Positions 1 to 10,703 of a stretch of 64,000 nt of DNA are shown here, piece after piece. Below the pieces are notes generated by a model, which saw nothing but the letters and a program-made list of their open reading frames with translations, was not told where the DNA came from and made no database searches. The DNA is taken from assembly GCA_024641635.1 (NCBI GenBank), contig JAHECS010000001.1:25781-89780 (forward strand), in the 5' to 3' direction. Position numbers and translations under genes: made by a program. The stretch's first letter is position 1, and each line of letters starts with the position of its first letter. The DNA comes from Actinomycetes bacterium (lineage in GTDB: Bacteria; Actinomycetota; Actinomycetes; S36-B12).

Positions 1-1
1 C

Positions 2-778
2 GCGGTCGACTCGGACCTCTACTTCCGCGTGGGCAGCGATCCCGAGTTCGGGTCCGTGGCGCGTCTGGACAGGGAGCGCATGATCGAGATCTTCGCCGAG
101 CGCGGGGGAGACCCGGCGCGGCCCGGCAAGGAGGATCCGCTGGACTGCCTGGTGTGGCAGTCAGAGCGGCCTGACGAGCCGGCGTGGGACACCCCCCTCG
201 GGCACGGTCGCCCGGGCTGGCATATCGAGTGCGCTGCCATCGCTCTCGACCACCTCGGCATGACCTTCGACGTCCAGGGTGGCGGCACCGACCTGGCGTT
301 CCCGCATCACGAGATGAGCGCGTCCGAGGCGCAGGTGCTGCAGGGCGCGTTCCCGTTCGCGCGCCACTACGTGCACTCCGCGATGGTGTCCTGGGAGGGG
401 CACAAGATGTCCAAGTCCCGCGGAAACCTCGTCTTCGTGTCGGCGCTCAGGCATGAGGGTGTCGATCCGAACGCCATCAGGCTCGCGCTCCTGGCCCATC
501 ACTACCGGTCCGACTGGGCGTGGACGCCGCAGGGGCTGGAGGGGGCTGGAGCGAGGCTGCAGCTGTGGCGACGAGCCGTCGCCGGCGAGCGGGGTCCCGA
601 CGGCCGCGCCGTCCTCGACCGGGTCCGATCCGCCATGGCTGACGACCTGCGTACGCCGAGTGCCCTTGACGCGGTCGACGACTGGGCGATGGCGCAGCAG
701 GCCGGTGAGGGTGACGACGCAGCAGCGCCGGCACTGATCCGGGACGTGGCCGACGCGCTGCTGGGCGTGCACCTGTAG
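2..778 (+). CDS. mshC: MshC (L-cysteine:1D-myo-inositol 2-amino-2-deoxy-alpha-D-glucopyranoside ligase), C-terminal part; 5' end lies outside the window
   Basis: The frame is open to the window edge. Class-I aaRS motifs are present ([22 protein letters not shown]). The tail after KMSKS is short (~120 aa) with [12 protein letters not shown], typical of MshC rather than CysRS. Gene neighbourhood resembles the mycobacterial mshC/metH/proteasome region. Confidence 0.75.
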   Translation, partial: AVDSDLYFRVGSDPEFGSVARLDRERMIEIFAERGGDPARPGKEDPLDCLVWQSERPDEPAWDTPLGHGRPGWHIECAAIALDHLGMTFDVQGGGTDLAFPHHEMSASEAQVLQGAFPFARHYVHSAMVSWEGHKMSKSRGNLVFVSALRHEGVDPNAIRLALLAHHYRSDWAWTPQGLEGAGARLQLWRRAVAGERGPDGRAVLDRVRSAMADDLRTPSALDAVDDWAMAQQAGEGDDAAAPALIRDVADALLGVHL

Positions 779-789
779 GCGAGAAGGCG

Positions 790-1833
790 CTACTTCTTCT
801 CGTCGTGCCCGCCGAACTCCTTCCGCATGGCACTGAGCACGCGGGCGGCGAAGAGGCCGTTGCCCTGGGACTCGAATCGCTCGAACAGCGCGGAGCTGAG
901 GACGGGAGTCGGGACGCCCTCCTCGATCGCCGCGATCGCCGTCCAGCGACCCTCGCCGGAGTCGGACACCCGTCCGGTGAACTCCTCGAGCTCGGGTGAG
1001 CGCTGAAGGGCGAGTGCGGTCAGGTCGAGGAGCCAGGACCCGACGACGCTGCCCCGACGCCAGACCTCGGCGATGGCGGAGATGTCGAGGTCGTACTGGT
1101 AGAACTGCGGATCGCTCAGTGGGGCGGTCTCGGCGTCGGCGTCGCGATGCACGGTGCCGGCATTCGCGTGCTTGAGGATGTTCAGTCCCTCCGCGTAGGC
1201 GGCCATGAGGCCGTACTCGATGCCGTTGTGGACCATCTTCACGAAGTGCCCCGCCCCGCCCGGGCCGCAGTGCAGCCAGCCCCTCTCCTCCGGGCTCGGA
1301 TCGCCGGACCGGCCGTCCGTACGGGGGGCGGCCTCGACGCCTGGCGCGATCGTGTCCCACAGCGGGGCCAGTCGATCGACCGTCGCGTCGGGACCGCCGA
1401 TCATCAGGCAGTAGCCGCGCTCGAGGCCCCAGACGCCACCGGACGTGCCCACGTCCAGGTAGTCGATGCCCTTGCCCGACGCCGCCTCACCACGACGGAT
1501 GTCATCGCGGTAGTAGGAGTTCCCACCGTCGATGATGCAGTCGCCCGCATCGAGCAGTTCGACGAGGTCGGAGACCACCGACTCGGTGACGTGCCCGGCC
1601 GGCACCATGACCCATACCGTGCGGGGCGCCGGCAGAGCAGCGACCAGCTCAGAGAGGCTGGCGGTTCCGGTGGCACCCTCGGCCGCCAGCGCTTCGACTG
1701 CCGCGTGCTGGGGGTCGAACACAGCGCAGGAATGCCCGTCGGCCATCGCGCGTCGGACGAGATTGGCTCCCATGCGGCCGAGGCCGACCATGCCGAGCGT
1801 CACGCGGTTCTGGGGGGATGGGCTCTGCGACAC
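790..1833 (-). CDS. gnd: 6-phosphogluconate dehydrogenase, decarboxylating (short Gnd2/YqeC-like form)
   Basis: N-terminal Rossmann motif MVGLGRMGANLVRR; conserved GGNSYYRDD and HFVKMVHNGIEYG blocks; 347 aa. Confidence 0.85.
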   Translation of the reverse strand: MSQSPSPQNRVTLGMVGLGRMGANLVRRAMADGHSCAVFDPQHAAVEALAAEGATGTASLSELVAALPAPRTVWVMVPAGHVTESVVSDLVELLDAGDCIIDGGNSYYRDDIRRGEAASGKGIDYLDVGTSGGVWGLERGYCLMIGGPDATVDRLAPLWDTIAPGVEAAPRTDGRSGDPSPEERGWLHCGPGGAGHFVKMVHNGIEYGLMAAYAEGLNILKHANAGTVHRDADAETAPLSDPQFYQYDLDISAIAEVWRRGSVVGSWLLDLTALALQRSPELEEFTGRVSDSGEGRWTAIAAIEEGVPTPVLSSALFERFESQGNGLFAARVLSAMRKEFGGHDEKK

Positions 1834-1882
1834 GTCGCCTCCTCGTTGGCCGGGACCATCACGCTAGTGGAAGGCTGGCCCC

Positions 1883-3511
1883 ATGACGACACAGCTTCCG
1901 ACGGACGACCCCACCCGCACCGCCGCCTGGACGAGGCTCTCGAGCCTGGCCGCGGGGCTGGTCGACACGACCGTGCGGGACCTCGTGGACGCCGGCGCCG
2001 AGCGCGCTGCCGCTCTCACCAGGACGGGCGCGCGCATCCATTACGACGTCTCCCGGCAGCGCGTGACCGACGAGGTTCTCGCGGCGCTGCTGGACCTCGC
2101 AGCCGAGCGGGACGTTCGCGGACGACGAGACGCGATGCTGGGCGGTGCCCACATCAACAGCACCGAGGACCGTGCCGTCCTCCACACCGCGCTCCGCCGC
2201 CCCAGTACGGACGCGCTGGCCGTCGACGGCGTGGACGTCGTCTCCGAGGTCCACGAGGTCCTGGGCCGGATGGGCGCCTTCGCCGACGAGGTCCGCTCGG
2301 GGGACTGGCGCGGCTCAACCGGCCAGCGCATCTCCGCGGTCGTCAACATCGGTATCGGCGGCTCCGACCTGGGCCCGGCCATGGCGCACATCGCCCTCGA
2401 GGCGTTCAGCACCCGTGAGATCGACTTCCGATTCGTCTCCAACGTCGATCCGACCGACATCGCCGAGGCGATTCGCGATCTCGACCCCGCGACGACCCTC
2501 TTCATCGTCGCGTCGAAGACATTCACCACGCTCGAGACGATGACGAACGCGCGGGCGGCACGCACCTGGCTGGTCGCCGCGCTGGGGGAGGAAGCCGTCG
2601 AGCGGCACTTCGTGGCGGTGTCGACGAATGCGGAGAAGGTCGCCGAGTTCGGGATAGACACCGCGAACATGTTCGGCTTCTGGGACTGGGTCGGCGGCCG
2701 CTACTCGATGGACTCGTCGATCGGCCTGAGCACCATGATCGCCGTCGGCCCCGATGGCTTCGCCGAGATGCTGTCGGGCTTCCATGCGATGGACGCGCAC
2801 TTCGCGACGGCCGAGCCGGCGGACAACCTCCCGATGCTCATGGGGCTGGTGGCCGTGTGGAACCGGGACTTCCTCGGTATTGAAACCACCGCGGTGCTCC
2901 CGTACTCGCAGTACCTGTCTCGGTTCCCCGCCTATCTGCAGCAGCTGACGATGGAGAGCAACGGCAAGAGCGTCCGGCTCGACGGCACCCGCGTGGACTA
3001 CCCGACCGGGGCGATCGTCTGGGGCGAGCCCGGCACCAACGGGCAGCACTCGTTCTACCAGCTGCTGCACCAGGGCACGAGCACCGTCGCGTGCGACATC
3101 ATCGTGGTCGCCCGCAGTGAGAACCCCCTGACCGACCAGCAGGACATGCTGGTGGCCAACGCACTCGCGCAGGCCGCTGTCCTGGCGCGCGGCCGCACGG
3201 CTGAGGAGGTCGCGGCGGACGGGACGCCTGCTGATCTCGTGCCGCACAAGGTGATGCCGGGGAACCGCCCCGTCTCTGTGCTGCTCGTCGATCGCCTTGA
3301 CCCGTTCACGCTGGGCGCCCTCGTCGCGCTGTACGAGCACAGCGTGTTCGTCCAGGGTGCCGTCTGGGGGATCGACTCCTTCGACCAGTGGGGAGTCGAG
3401 CTCGGCAAGAAGGTCGCCATGGGCATCCTCGGCAACCTCACCGGCGATGACGCCGCGACCTTCGACCCGTCCACCGACGCCTCCATCGCGCTGTACAAGC
3501 AGCTGCGGTGA
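1883..3511 (+). CDS. pgi: glucose-6-phosphate isomerase
   Basis: 542 aa with PGI signatures ([50 protein letters not shown]). Confidence 0.95.
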   Translation: MTTQLPTDDPTRTAAWTRLSSLAAGLVDTTVRDLVDAGAERAAALTRTGARIHYDVSRQRVTDEVLAALLDLAAERDVRGRRDAMLGGAHINSTEDRAVLHTALRRPSTDALAVDGVDVVSEVHEVLGRMGAFADEVRSGDWRGSTGQRISAVVNIGIGGSDLGPAMAHIALEAFSTREIDFRFVSNVDPTDIAEAIRDLDPATTLFIVASKTFTTLETMTNARAARTWLVAALGEEAVERHFVAVSTNAEKVAEFGIDTANMFGFWDWVGGRYSMDSSIGLSTMIAVGPDGFAEMLSGFHAMDAHFATAEPADNLPMLMGLVAVWNRDFLGIETTAVLPYSQYLSRFPAYLQQLTMESNGKSVRLDGTRVDYPTGAIVWGEPGTNGQHSFYQLLHQGTSTVACDIIVVARSENPLTDQQDMLVANALAQAAVLARGRTAEEVAADGTPADLVPHKVMPGNRPVSVLLVDRLDPFTLGALVALYEHSVFVQGAVWGIDSFDQWGVELGKKVAMGILGNLTGDDAATFDPSTDASIALYKQLR

Positions 3512-3834
3512 TCGAAGCCGCCCTGCTGGAACCGCTCCTGGCCCGGGCGGAGGCCGATCTCGAAGCGGCGCTGCGCGGAGCCTCGATGTGCGCCGTCTCC
3601 CGCGACCCTGCGGCCGGCGCGAGCACCGCGAAGTTCCTCGAGGGCCGGTGGTACACCCTCCGGGCCATCCAGCGCGGCCTCGAGTCGGCCGTCGACGCCG
3701 ACCCCGGTTCCGTGCTGGGCGCCATCACGGCTGACGCTGCGGCCCGCACTCCGGAGGGTCCTGCCTGGGCGGACTACGCGCGCGGAGCCAGGAGCGCGAT
3801 CGACGACGTCAGCGCGCTCATCCGAACCACCTAG
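3508..3834 (+). CDS. hypothetical protein (108 aa), translationally coupled to pgi
   Basis: GTG start overlaps the pgi TGA (GTGA). Codon usage looks genome-typical (G/C-rich third positions). No family recognised. Confidence 0.45.
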   Translation: MIEAALLEPLLARAEADLEAALRGASMCAVSRDPAAGASTAKFLEGRWYTLRAIQRGLESAVDADPGSVLGAITADAAARTPEGPAWADYARGARSAIDDVSALIRTT

Positions 3835-4679
3835 CGGTCGGTGCCCCGGCGTCGTAGGTACCGCTCGAACTCGCGCGCGATCGCCTCGCCGCTGGCCTCC
3901 GGAAGGTCGGCGGCGTCGCGAGCCTCCTCGAGCTGCTTGACGTACTCCGCGACCTCGTCGTCCTCGGCCGCCAGCTCGTCGACGCCGATCTCCCACGCCC
4001 GAGCCTCCTCGACGAGGTCTCCCAGCGGCACCGGGATGTCGAGGATGTCCTCGATGCGGCGCACGAGGGCCAGCGTTGCCTTCGGGCACGGAGGCTGTGC
4101 GACATAGTGCGGCACCGCGGCCCAGAGGGAGATGGAGGAGATCCCGAAGCGCGTGCACGCGTCCTGGAGCACGCCGACGATGCCGGTCGGGCCCTCGTAC
4201 GTCGCCGGCTCGAGACCGAGATCCGCTGCCAGCGCGGCATCCGAGGTCGTGCCCGTGACGGGCACCGGCCGCGTGTGCGGGATGTCGGACAGCAGCGCGC
4301 CCAGGGTGACGACGGTGGACACGTCGAGCTCTGCCGCGAGCCCGAGGATCTCCCGGGTGAACTGCTGCCACTTCATGTTGGGCTCGATGCCCTGGACGAG
4401 GACGATGTCGCGCGGGTAGAGGGGGATTCGGGCCACGTAGATGCGGGTCGCCGGCCAGGTGAGGCTGCGGACGCCGGTCTCGTCCATGCTGATGTGCGGC
4501 CGATTCACCTGGTAGTCGTAGTACTCCTCCGAGTCCAGGTCGGCGAGCGGCTGAGCGTCCCAGACCTCCCGCAGGTGGGCCACCGTTCCGGACGCGGAGT
4601 CGCCGGCGTCGTTCCAGCCCTCGAAGGCGGCCACCATGACCGGGTCGACCAGGACGGGGAAGTCATCGAGCTCGATCAC
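3831..4679 (-). CDS. PAC2 (proteasome assembly chaperone 2-like) family protein
   Basis: Sequence from VIELDDFPVLVDPVMVAAFEGWNDAGDSAS... through GPTGIVGVL... matches actinobacterial PAC2/Rv2125-like proteins. I chose the GTG start at 4679, which overlaps the upstream stop (GTGA). The longer track ORF (to 4913) has an Arg/Gly-rich N-terminus that looks spurious. Confidence 0.8.
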   Translation of the reverse strand: MIELDDFPVLVDPVMVAAFEGWNDAGDSASGTVAHLREVWDAQPLADLDSEEYYDYQVNRPHISMDETGVRSLTWPATRIYVARIPLYPRDIVLVQGIEPNMKWQQFTREILGLAAELDVSTVVTLGALLSDIPHTRPVPVTGTTSDAALAADLGLEPATYEGPTGIVGVLQDACTRFGISSISLWAAVPHYVAQPPCPKATLALVRRIEDILDIPVPLGDLVEEARAWEIGVDELAAEDDEVAEYVKQLEEARDAADLPEASGEAIAREFERYLRRRGTDR

Positions 4680-5578
4680 CGCGCCCCGCCCTCCTGGCCT
4701 TCCGCCACCGTGTCGACGAGGCCGGCGACCAGCGCCGGCCACTGCAAGGGTACGTCGTGGACCGCGCCCGGCCACCGATGAACCACGCAGTTGCCCCGAC
4801 GAGCCGCGGAGCCGGCCCCCGAAGCCCTGCCGTCCGGCGGCCGGTCCGGATCCGGCGACGGTGCTCGCGGTTCGCAGACGGCGCCCCAGATGGGCACTCC
4901 CTGCCGCTCGCAACCGTCGAGGTCGGGATCCACGTCGTAGTCGAGCAGGCCGTCGAGAACCCGCATGTGCCGGGTCAGCCCGATGCGAGTGCGGACCAGG
5001 CCGTCGCTGCCGACCACGAACGTCGGCGCGAGGGCGGCTCGCACCTCGTCACGCCAGGACGGACCGAGGTCGCCGCTTCGAATCCGCCGCCACAGCTGCT
5101 CCTCGGGGATCCCCAGCTCCGGCGGGGTCAACCGTGCCCGGAGCTCGTCCCGCGAGCTGCCGTCGGACAGCGACCACAGCCCGCCGTCGACGAGGACTCC
5201 GGCGACCACGCGCTGTGGGTGCCTCGCGGCGGCGGACAGGGTCACCCAGGCACCCCACGAATGGCCGACGACCACGGCTCGCTCCCAGCCGAGCGCGTCC
5301 ATGACGATCGGGACGTCGTCAGCACAGGCAGGGATGGAGAAGTCGGCTGTGGCGGGCGTGTCCGAGTCCCCGTGGCCGCGCTGGTCGACGGCGGCGACGG
5401 GCCGCGCCCGCAGGCGCCGGACGACGGGATCCCAGAAGTGACGCTGCTGGCTCAGGCCGTGGAGGAGCAGGACGGGCACCTGCCCCGAACGGTCGGACTC
5501 CGGTGCATCGTGAACGGTGATCACCAGGTCGATCCCGGGCGCAGTGGTGAGCGTCTGGTCCGCCGGGCCCGGGCTCAT
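4676..5578 (-). CDS. alpha/beta-fold hydrolase
   Basis: HG oxyanion motif (LLLHGLSQQRHFW) and nucleophile elbow (VVVGHSWGAW). ATG at 5578 chosen (MSPGPADQ...); the upstream part of track ORF 4676..6034 runs antisense into metH. Confidence 0.8.
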   Translation of the reverse strand: MSPGPADQTLTTAPGIDLVITVHDAPESDRSGQVPVLLLHGLSQQRHFWDPVVRRLRARPVAAVDQRGHGDSDTPATADFSIPACADDVPIVMDALGWERAVVVGHSWGAWVTLSAAARHPQRVVAGVLVDGGLWSLSDGSSRDELRARLTPPELGIPEEQLWRRIRSGDLGPSWRDEVRAALAPTFVVGSDGLVRTRIGLTRHMRVLDGLLDYDVDPDLDGCERQGVPIWGAVCEPRAPSPDPDRPPDGRASGAGSAARRGNCVVHRWPGAVHDVPLQWPALVAGLVDTVAEGQEGGAR

Positions 5579-5594
5579 CCGGCCACCGTAGTCC

Positions 5595-8500
5595 GTGGTC
5601 GAGGGGGAGGCCCGTGGGTCGGTAGGCTTCACGATCGTGTCCGCGACTCCGCATCCGTCCCGTGGCCGCGGCTCCCTGCGCGAGGCCCTGGCCACGCGAG
5701 TCGTCGTCGCCGACGGCGCCATGGGCACCATGCTCCAGGCGGCCGACCCCAGCCTCGACGACTTCCAGGGGTATGAGGGCTGCAACGAGATCCTCAACGT
5801 CACGCGACCGGAGCTGGTCGCCAGCGTCCATGACGCGTACTTCTCGGTCGGCGTCGACTGCGTCGAGACCAACACCTTCGGCGCCAACCTCGCCAACCTC
5901 GGCGAGTACGACATCACCGACCGCATCTTCGAGCTGGCCGAGGCGGGCGCCGCGATCGCTCGCCGCGTCGCGGACGGGTGGGCCACGCCGGGCCACCCGA
6001 GGTGGGTGCTGGGGTCCGTGGGCCCGGGTACCAAGCTGCCCAGCCTCGGGCACGCCCCCTACGCGGTCCTGAGAGACGCCTACCAGCAGCAGGTGGCCGG
6101 GCTCGTCGCCGGCGGTGCGGACGCCGTGCTGATCGAGACGGCCCAGGACCTGCTGCAGGCCAAGGCCGCCATCGTCGGTGCGCGACGGGCGATGGCCGAG
6201 GCGGGCGTGGACCTGCCGGTGTTCGCCCAGGTCACCGTCGAGACGACCGGGACGATGCTCCTGGGCAGCGAGATCGGCGCGGCCCTGACCGCACTGACCC
6301 CCCTGGGCATCGACATGATCGGGCTCAACTGCGCCACCGGGCCGGCCGAGATGAGCGAGCACCTCCGAACTCTGGCGCGGACCTCGTCGATCGGCATCTC
6401 CTGCATGCCCAATGCCGGACTTCCGGTGCTCACCTCTGATGGCGCCCACTACCCCCTCACGCCCGCCGAGCTCGCGGACGCGCACGACGCGTTCACCCGG
6501 GACTTCGGCCTCGCGCTCGTCGGCGGCTGCTGCGGAACGACCCCCGAGCACCTCAAGCACGTCGTCGACCGCGTCCGCGGGCGAGAGATCGCGCCGCGCA
6601 AGCCCAGGCAGGAGGCCGCGGCGGCATCCCTGTACCAAGCCGTGCCGTTCCGGCAGGACACCGCGTACCTGTCCATCGGGGAGCGGACCAACGCCAACGG
6701 CTCGAAGGCCTTCCGCGAGGCCATGCTCGAGCAGCGGTGGGACGACTGCATCGAGATCGCGCGCGCCCAGATCCGCGACGGCGCACACCTGCTCGACCTG
6801 TGCATCGACTACGTGGGGCGCGACGGGGTCGCCGACATGCGCGAGCTGGCGGGGCGCCTGGCGACCGCGTCCACGCTCCCGATCGTCCTCGACTCCACCG
6901 AGCCGCCGGTGCTGCAGGCCGGCCTCGAGATGCTGGGAGGCCGCGCGGTCGTCAACTCGGTCAACTACGAGGATGGTGACGGCCCGGACTCGCGGATCCG
7001 TCGGATCATGCCGCTCGTCGTCGAGCATGGTGCCGCCGTCGTCGCGCTCACCATCGACGAGGAGGGCCAGGCGCGCACGGCCGAGTGGAAGGTGCGCGTC
7101 GCCGACCGGCTGATCCGTGACCTCACCGGGCATTGGGGCATGAACGTCGCCGACATCCTCGTCGACACGCTCACCTTCCCCATCGCGACCGGCCAGGAGG
7201 AAACGCGTCGGGATGCCATCGAGACGATCGAGGCGATCCGGCAGCTGAAGACGCTGTACCCGCAGGTGCAGACCACCCTCGGCCTGTCCAACGTCTCGTT
7301 CGGGCTCAACCCGGCCGCCCGCCAGGTGCTCAACTCCGTCTTCCTGCACGAGTGCATCGCGGCGGGACTGGACTCGGCCATCGTGCACGCGTCCAAGATC
7401 CTGCCGATGTCGAAGATCCCCGAGGAGCAGCGGCACACGGCGCTCGATCTCGTGCACGACCGACGGCGCTACGCCGACGACGGAACCGTCAGCTACGACC
7501 CCCTGCAGCGGTTCCTCGAGCTGTTCGAGGGCGTCGAGGCGCGATCCCTCTCCGCGTCCAGGGCAGAGGAGCTCGCGGCACTGCCGCTGTTCGAGCGGCT
7601 CGAGCGGCGGATCATCGATGGCGAGCGTCAGGGGCTCGAGGCCGACCTCGATGAGGCCCTCGTCACCCGACCGGCGCTCGAGATCGTCAACGACACCCTG
7701 CTCGAGGGCATGAAGGTCGTCGGGGATCTCTTCGCCTCCGGCGAGATGCAGCTGCCCTTCGTCCTGCAGAGCGCCGAGGTCATGAAGACGGCCGTGGCCC
7801 ACCTCGAGCCGCACATGGAGCGCTCCGACGAGGAGGGCAAGGGCACCATGGTGCTCGCCACGGTCAAGGGTGACGTGCACGACATCGGCAAGAACCTCGT
7901 CGACATCATCCTGACGAACAACGGGTACACCGTCGTCAACATCGGCATCAAGCAGCCGATCTCCTCGATCATCGAGGCGGCCGAGAGCGCCCATGCCGAC
8001 GTCATCGGGATGAGCGGCCTGCTGGTCAAGAGCACCGTCATCATGAAGGAGAACCTCGAGGAGCTGAACTCGCGGAGCCTGGGCGGCAGGTTCCCCGTGG
8101 TCCTCGGCGGTGCGGCGCTGACCCGCTCGTTCGTCGAGCAGGACCTCGCCGAGGTCTACACCGGCGAGGTCAGGTACGCCCGAGACGCGTTCGAGGGGCT
8201 GAGACTCATGGACGCGATGATGGCGGTGAAGCGCGGGGTGCCCGGCGCCGCGCTGCCGGAGCGCCGAACCCGGCGCGTGACGACCGCCGCCCGCCCGACG
8301 ACGACCCCGCCAGCCGAGATGCCGGCCAGGTCCGACGTGGCGATCGACGTGCCACTGCCCACCGCTCCGTTCCTGGGGGATCGCATCGTCAAGGGCGTCT
8401 CCCTGGCCGAGTACGTGCCCTACATCGACGAGCGGGCCCTCTTCCTGGGCCAGTGGGGCCTCAAGCCGTCGCGCGGGGACGGGCCCTCGTACGAGGAGCT

Positions 8501-9161
8501 CGTCGAGACGGAGGGACGACCACGCCTTCGCTCGTGGCTGGATCGCATCCAGACCGAGGGCATGATCGAGCCGGCCGTCGCCTACGGCTACTTCCCCTGC
8601 TACTCGGACGGCGACGAACTCGTCATCCTGTGGCACGACGGGCCCGACGAGGGCAGGGAGCGGGCCCGACTGCGGTTCCCGCGACAGCGCCGCGACCGCC
8701 ACCTGTGCCTGTCGGACTTCTTCCGCCCGAAGGAGTCCGGCGAGACCGACGTCGTCGCCTTCCACGTCGTCACGATGGGACACGCCGCCTCGGCGTCCAC
8801 CGCCGCGCTCTTCGAGTCGGACTCCTACCGCGACTACCTCGAGCTGCACGGGCTGTCGGTCCAGCTCACCGAGGCCCTGGCGGAGTACTGGCACGCCCGG
8901 GTCCGCGAGGAACTGGGGCTGGCCGACTTCGACAGCGCCGACATGGACTACCTCATCGCGAAGCAGGGCTACCGCGGTTCGCGCTACTCGTTCGGCTACC
9001 CCGCGTGCCCGGACCTCGAGCAGCAGGTGGTGCTCATGGACCTGCTGAACCCGGCCCGGATAGGCGTCGAGCTCTCCGAGGAGTTCCAGCTGCATCCCGA
9101 GCAGTCCACCAGTGCGATCATCGCCCACCACCCCGAGGCCAAGTACTTCAACGCGACGTGA
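5595..9161 (+). CDS. metH: cobalamin-dependent methionine synthase
   Basis: 1188 aa containing the Hcy-binding, pterin-binding, B12-binding (GDVHDIGKNLV) and AdoMet-activation domains. The start is uncertain; an alternative GTG lies at 5637. Confidence 0.95.
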   Translation: MVEGEARGSVGFTIVSATPHPSRGRGSLREALATRVVVADGAMGTMLQAADPSLDDFQGYEGCNEILNVTRPELVASVHDAYFSVGVDCVETNTFGANLANLGEYDITDRIFELAEAGAAIARRVADGWATPGHPRWVLGSVGPGTKLPSLGHAPYAVLRDAYQQQVAGLVAGGADAVLIETAQDLLQAKAAIVGARRAMAEAGVDLPVFAQVTVETTGTMLLGSEIGAALTALTPLGIDMIGLNCATGPAEMSEHLRTLARTSSIGISCMPNAGLPVLTSDGAHYPLTPAELADAHDAFTRDFGLALVGGCCGTTPEHLKHVVDRVRGREIAPRKPRQEAAAASLYQAVPFRQDTAYLSIGERTNANGSKAFREAMLEQRWDDCIEIARAQIRDGAHLLDLCIDYVGRDGVADMRELAGRLATASTLPIVLDSTEPPVLQAGLEMLGGRAVVNSVNYEDGDGPDSRIRRIMPLVVEHGAAVVALTIDEEGQARTAEWKVRVADRLIRDLTGHWGMNVADILVDTLTFPIATGQEETRRDAIETIEAIRQLKTLYPQVQTTLGLSNVSFGLNPAARQVLNSVFLHECIAAGLDSAIVHASKILPMSKIPEEQRHTALDLVHDRRRYADDGTVSYDPLQRFLELFEGVEARSLSASRAEELAALPLFERLERRIIDGERQGLEADLDEALVTRPALEIVNDTLLEGMKVVGDLFASGEMQLPFVLQSAEVMKTAVAHLEPHMERSDEEGKGTMVLATVKGDVHDIGKNLVDIILTNNGYTVVNIGIKQPISSIIEAAESAHADVIGMSGLLVKSTVIMKENLEELNSRSLGGRFPVVLGGAALTRSFVEQDLAEVYTGEVRYARDAFEGLRLMDAMMAVKRGVPGAALPERRTRRVTTAARPTTTPPAEMPARSDVAIDVPLPTAPFLGDRIVKGVSLAEYVPYIDERALFLGQWGLKPSRGDGPSYEELVETEGRPRLRSWLDRIQTEGMIEPAVAYGYFPCYSDGDELVILWHDGPDEGRERARLRFPRQRRDRHLCLSDFFRPKESGETDVVAFHVVTMGHAASASTAALFESDSYRDYLELHGLSVQLTEALAEYWHARVREELGLADFDSADMDYLIAKQGYRGSRYSFGYPACPDLEQQVVLMDLLNPARIGVELSEEFQLHPEQSTSAIIAHHPEAKYFNAT

Positions 9162-9165
9162 CGAC

Positions 9166-9834
9166 ATGACCGCCCTGCCCGCCGCCGTCCTGTTCGACAT
9201 GGACGGGACTCTCGTCGACACCGAGGGGCTGTGGCTCGAGGCGGAGATCGACGTGATGCGCTCCCTGGGCGGCCATTGGGACTCGAGCGATCAGGAGCAC
9301 TGCCTCGGGGGGCCCCTCGAGCGGGTCGCGGACTACATGATCGAGCGTTCGGGGGCGAGCGTCCCGTCGGAGCAGGTGGGGACGATGCTCCTCGACGGGA
9401 TGGAGGAGCGCCTCCGATCCGGCGACCTGCTGTGGCGTCCCGGGGCCCGGGCCCTGCTCCTGGAGTGCCGCGAGGCCGGGATCCCGACGGCCCTGGTGTC
9501 GGCGTCGTGGACGCGACTGATCGTGGCGGTCAGCGAGAAGATCGAAGCCGACATCGGCCGAAGCGCGTTCGATGCCGTGGTTGCCGGAGACGACGTCGAG
9601 AACAGCAAGCCGCACCCGGAGCCGTATCTCTCCGCCGCCGCGGCCCTCGGTCGGCGCCCGGCCGAGTGCCTCGCTCTCGAGGACTCGCCCACAGGCGTCC
9701 GGTCGGCTGTCGCGGCCGGCTGCCGGGTCGTCGCGATCCCGCACATCGCGGACATCGATGTGGCCGGGGCGTTCGTCCTCGACACGCTGGCCGATCGGAC
9801 TCTCGCCGACGTGTGGGCGTCCGCGCTCGGCTAG
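9166..9834 (+). CDS. HAD-superfamily hydrolase (beta-phosphoglucomutase-like subfamily IA)
   Basis: DxDGT motif (VLFDMDGTLVDTE), plus SASW and KPHPEPY..EDSPTG motifs. Confidence 0.85.
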   Translation: MTALPAAVLFDMDGTLVDTEGLWLEAEIDVMRSLGGHWDSSDQEHCLGGPLERVADYMIERSGASVPSEQVGTMLLDGMEERLRSGDLLWRPGARALLLECREAGIPTALVSASWTRLIVAVSEKIEADIGRSAFDAVVAGDDVENSKPHPEPYLSAAAALGRRPAECLALEDSPTGVRSAVAAGCRVVAIPHIADIDVAGAFVLDTLADRTLADVWASALG

Positions 9835-10703
9835 CCCTCGCCCTCCGCGTCCGGTCGCGTGGACCCCACCGGCCAGTCCTCGCGCTCCGGCAGCGGCGGC
9901 GGCGAGCCGCCCCAGGCAGGGCAGAGCGCCCGGTGGCTGCACCAGTCGCACAGCCGAGACGGCGAGGGGTCGAACCGACCTGCCTCCGCGGCGCGGGAGA
10001 TGGCATCGCGAAGGGCGAGTACCTTGCGCTCCGTCGACACGAGCTCCTCGGCCTCCGGCTGATAGCGGAGCAGCTCGCGATTGCCGAGGTACATCAGCTG
10101 CAGCAGTCGCGGCACCTCGCCGGTCATCCGCCACCAGGTGAGGGCGTAGAAGCGCATCTGGAACATCGCCTTCGACTCGAACCCAGCGCCGGGCGAACGT
10201 CCGGTCTTGTAGTCGACGATGCGGATGCGCCCGTCCGGCGCCCGGTCCACGCGGTCGATATAGCCGCGCAGCTCGAACGAGCCGTCGACGCGTGCCGAGA
10301 CCCGAAGCTCGCGCGCGTGCGGCTCGAGCCGGGACGGGTCCTCCATGCCGAAGTACGACTCCAGGAGAGGTCCGGCGTCTACCCGAGGCGGCTCACCGGG
10401 CGCCGGCCGCAGGGCCGCCGCGGACTCCGGATCGTCGCGCTCGAGCTCCGCGACGGCTCGTGTCACGAGCTCCGCAGCAGCGGTGAGCGTGCGCTCGGCT
10501 GCGGGGAGGTCGAAGAGCGTCTCCAAGGCCCTGTGCACGAGGGTGCCGCGCACAGCCGCCGCCGACGGCTCCTCGGGGAGCCGGTCGATCGATCGGAACC
10601 GGAACAGCAGGGGACAGGTGGTGAAGTCCGATGCCCGCGAAGGGGACAGGGAGGAGGGGAACGGCAGGTCCACAGCCGTGGCGGCGGTGGGGGAGTCGTC
10701 CAT
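9831..10703 (-). CDS. RecB-family PD-(D/E)XK nuclease with Cas4/AddB-like cysteine cluster (Rv2119-like)
   Basis: Nuclease core GYIDRVD...IVDYKTG; one N-terminal Cys (FTTCPLLFRF) plus C-terminal CDWCSHRALC. ATG at 10703. Confidence 0.75.
   Translation of the reverse strand: MDDSPTAATAVDLPFPSSLSPSRASDFTTCPLLFRFRSIDRLPEEPSAAAVRGTLVHRALETLFDLPAAERTLTAAAELVTRAVAELERDDPESAAALRPAPGEPPRVDAGPLLESYFGMEDPSRLEPHARELRVSARVDGSFELRGYIDRVDRAPDGRIRIVDYKTGRSPGAGFESKAMFQMRFYALTWWRMTGEVPRLLQLMYLGNRELLRYQPEAEELVSTERKVLALRDAISRAAEAGRFDPSPSRLCDWCSHRALCPAWGGSPPPLPEREDWPVGSTRPDAEGEG

Noticed and set aside
5319-9221. 1300-aa ORF antisense to metH. Similar giant antisense ORFs occur at 11689-14376, 22942-25143, 49522-52014, 161-1360 and 20984-22180.
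   Set aside because: Their translations are Arg/Gly/Pro/Asp-rich low-complexity sequence with no recognisable motifs. The opposite strand encodes well-conserved proteins. Stop-free antisense frames are an expected by-product of about 70% G+C with strong third-position bias.
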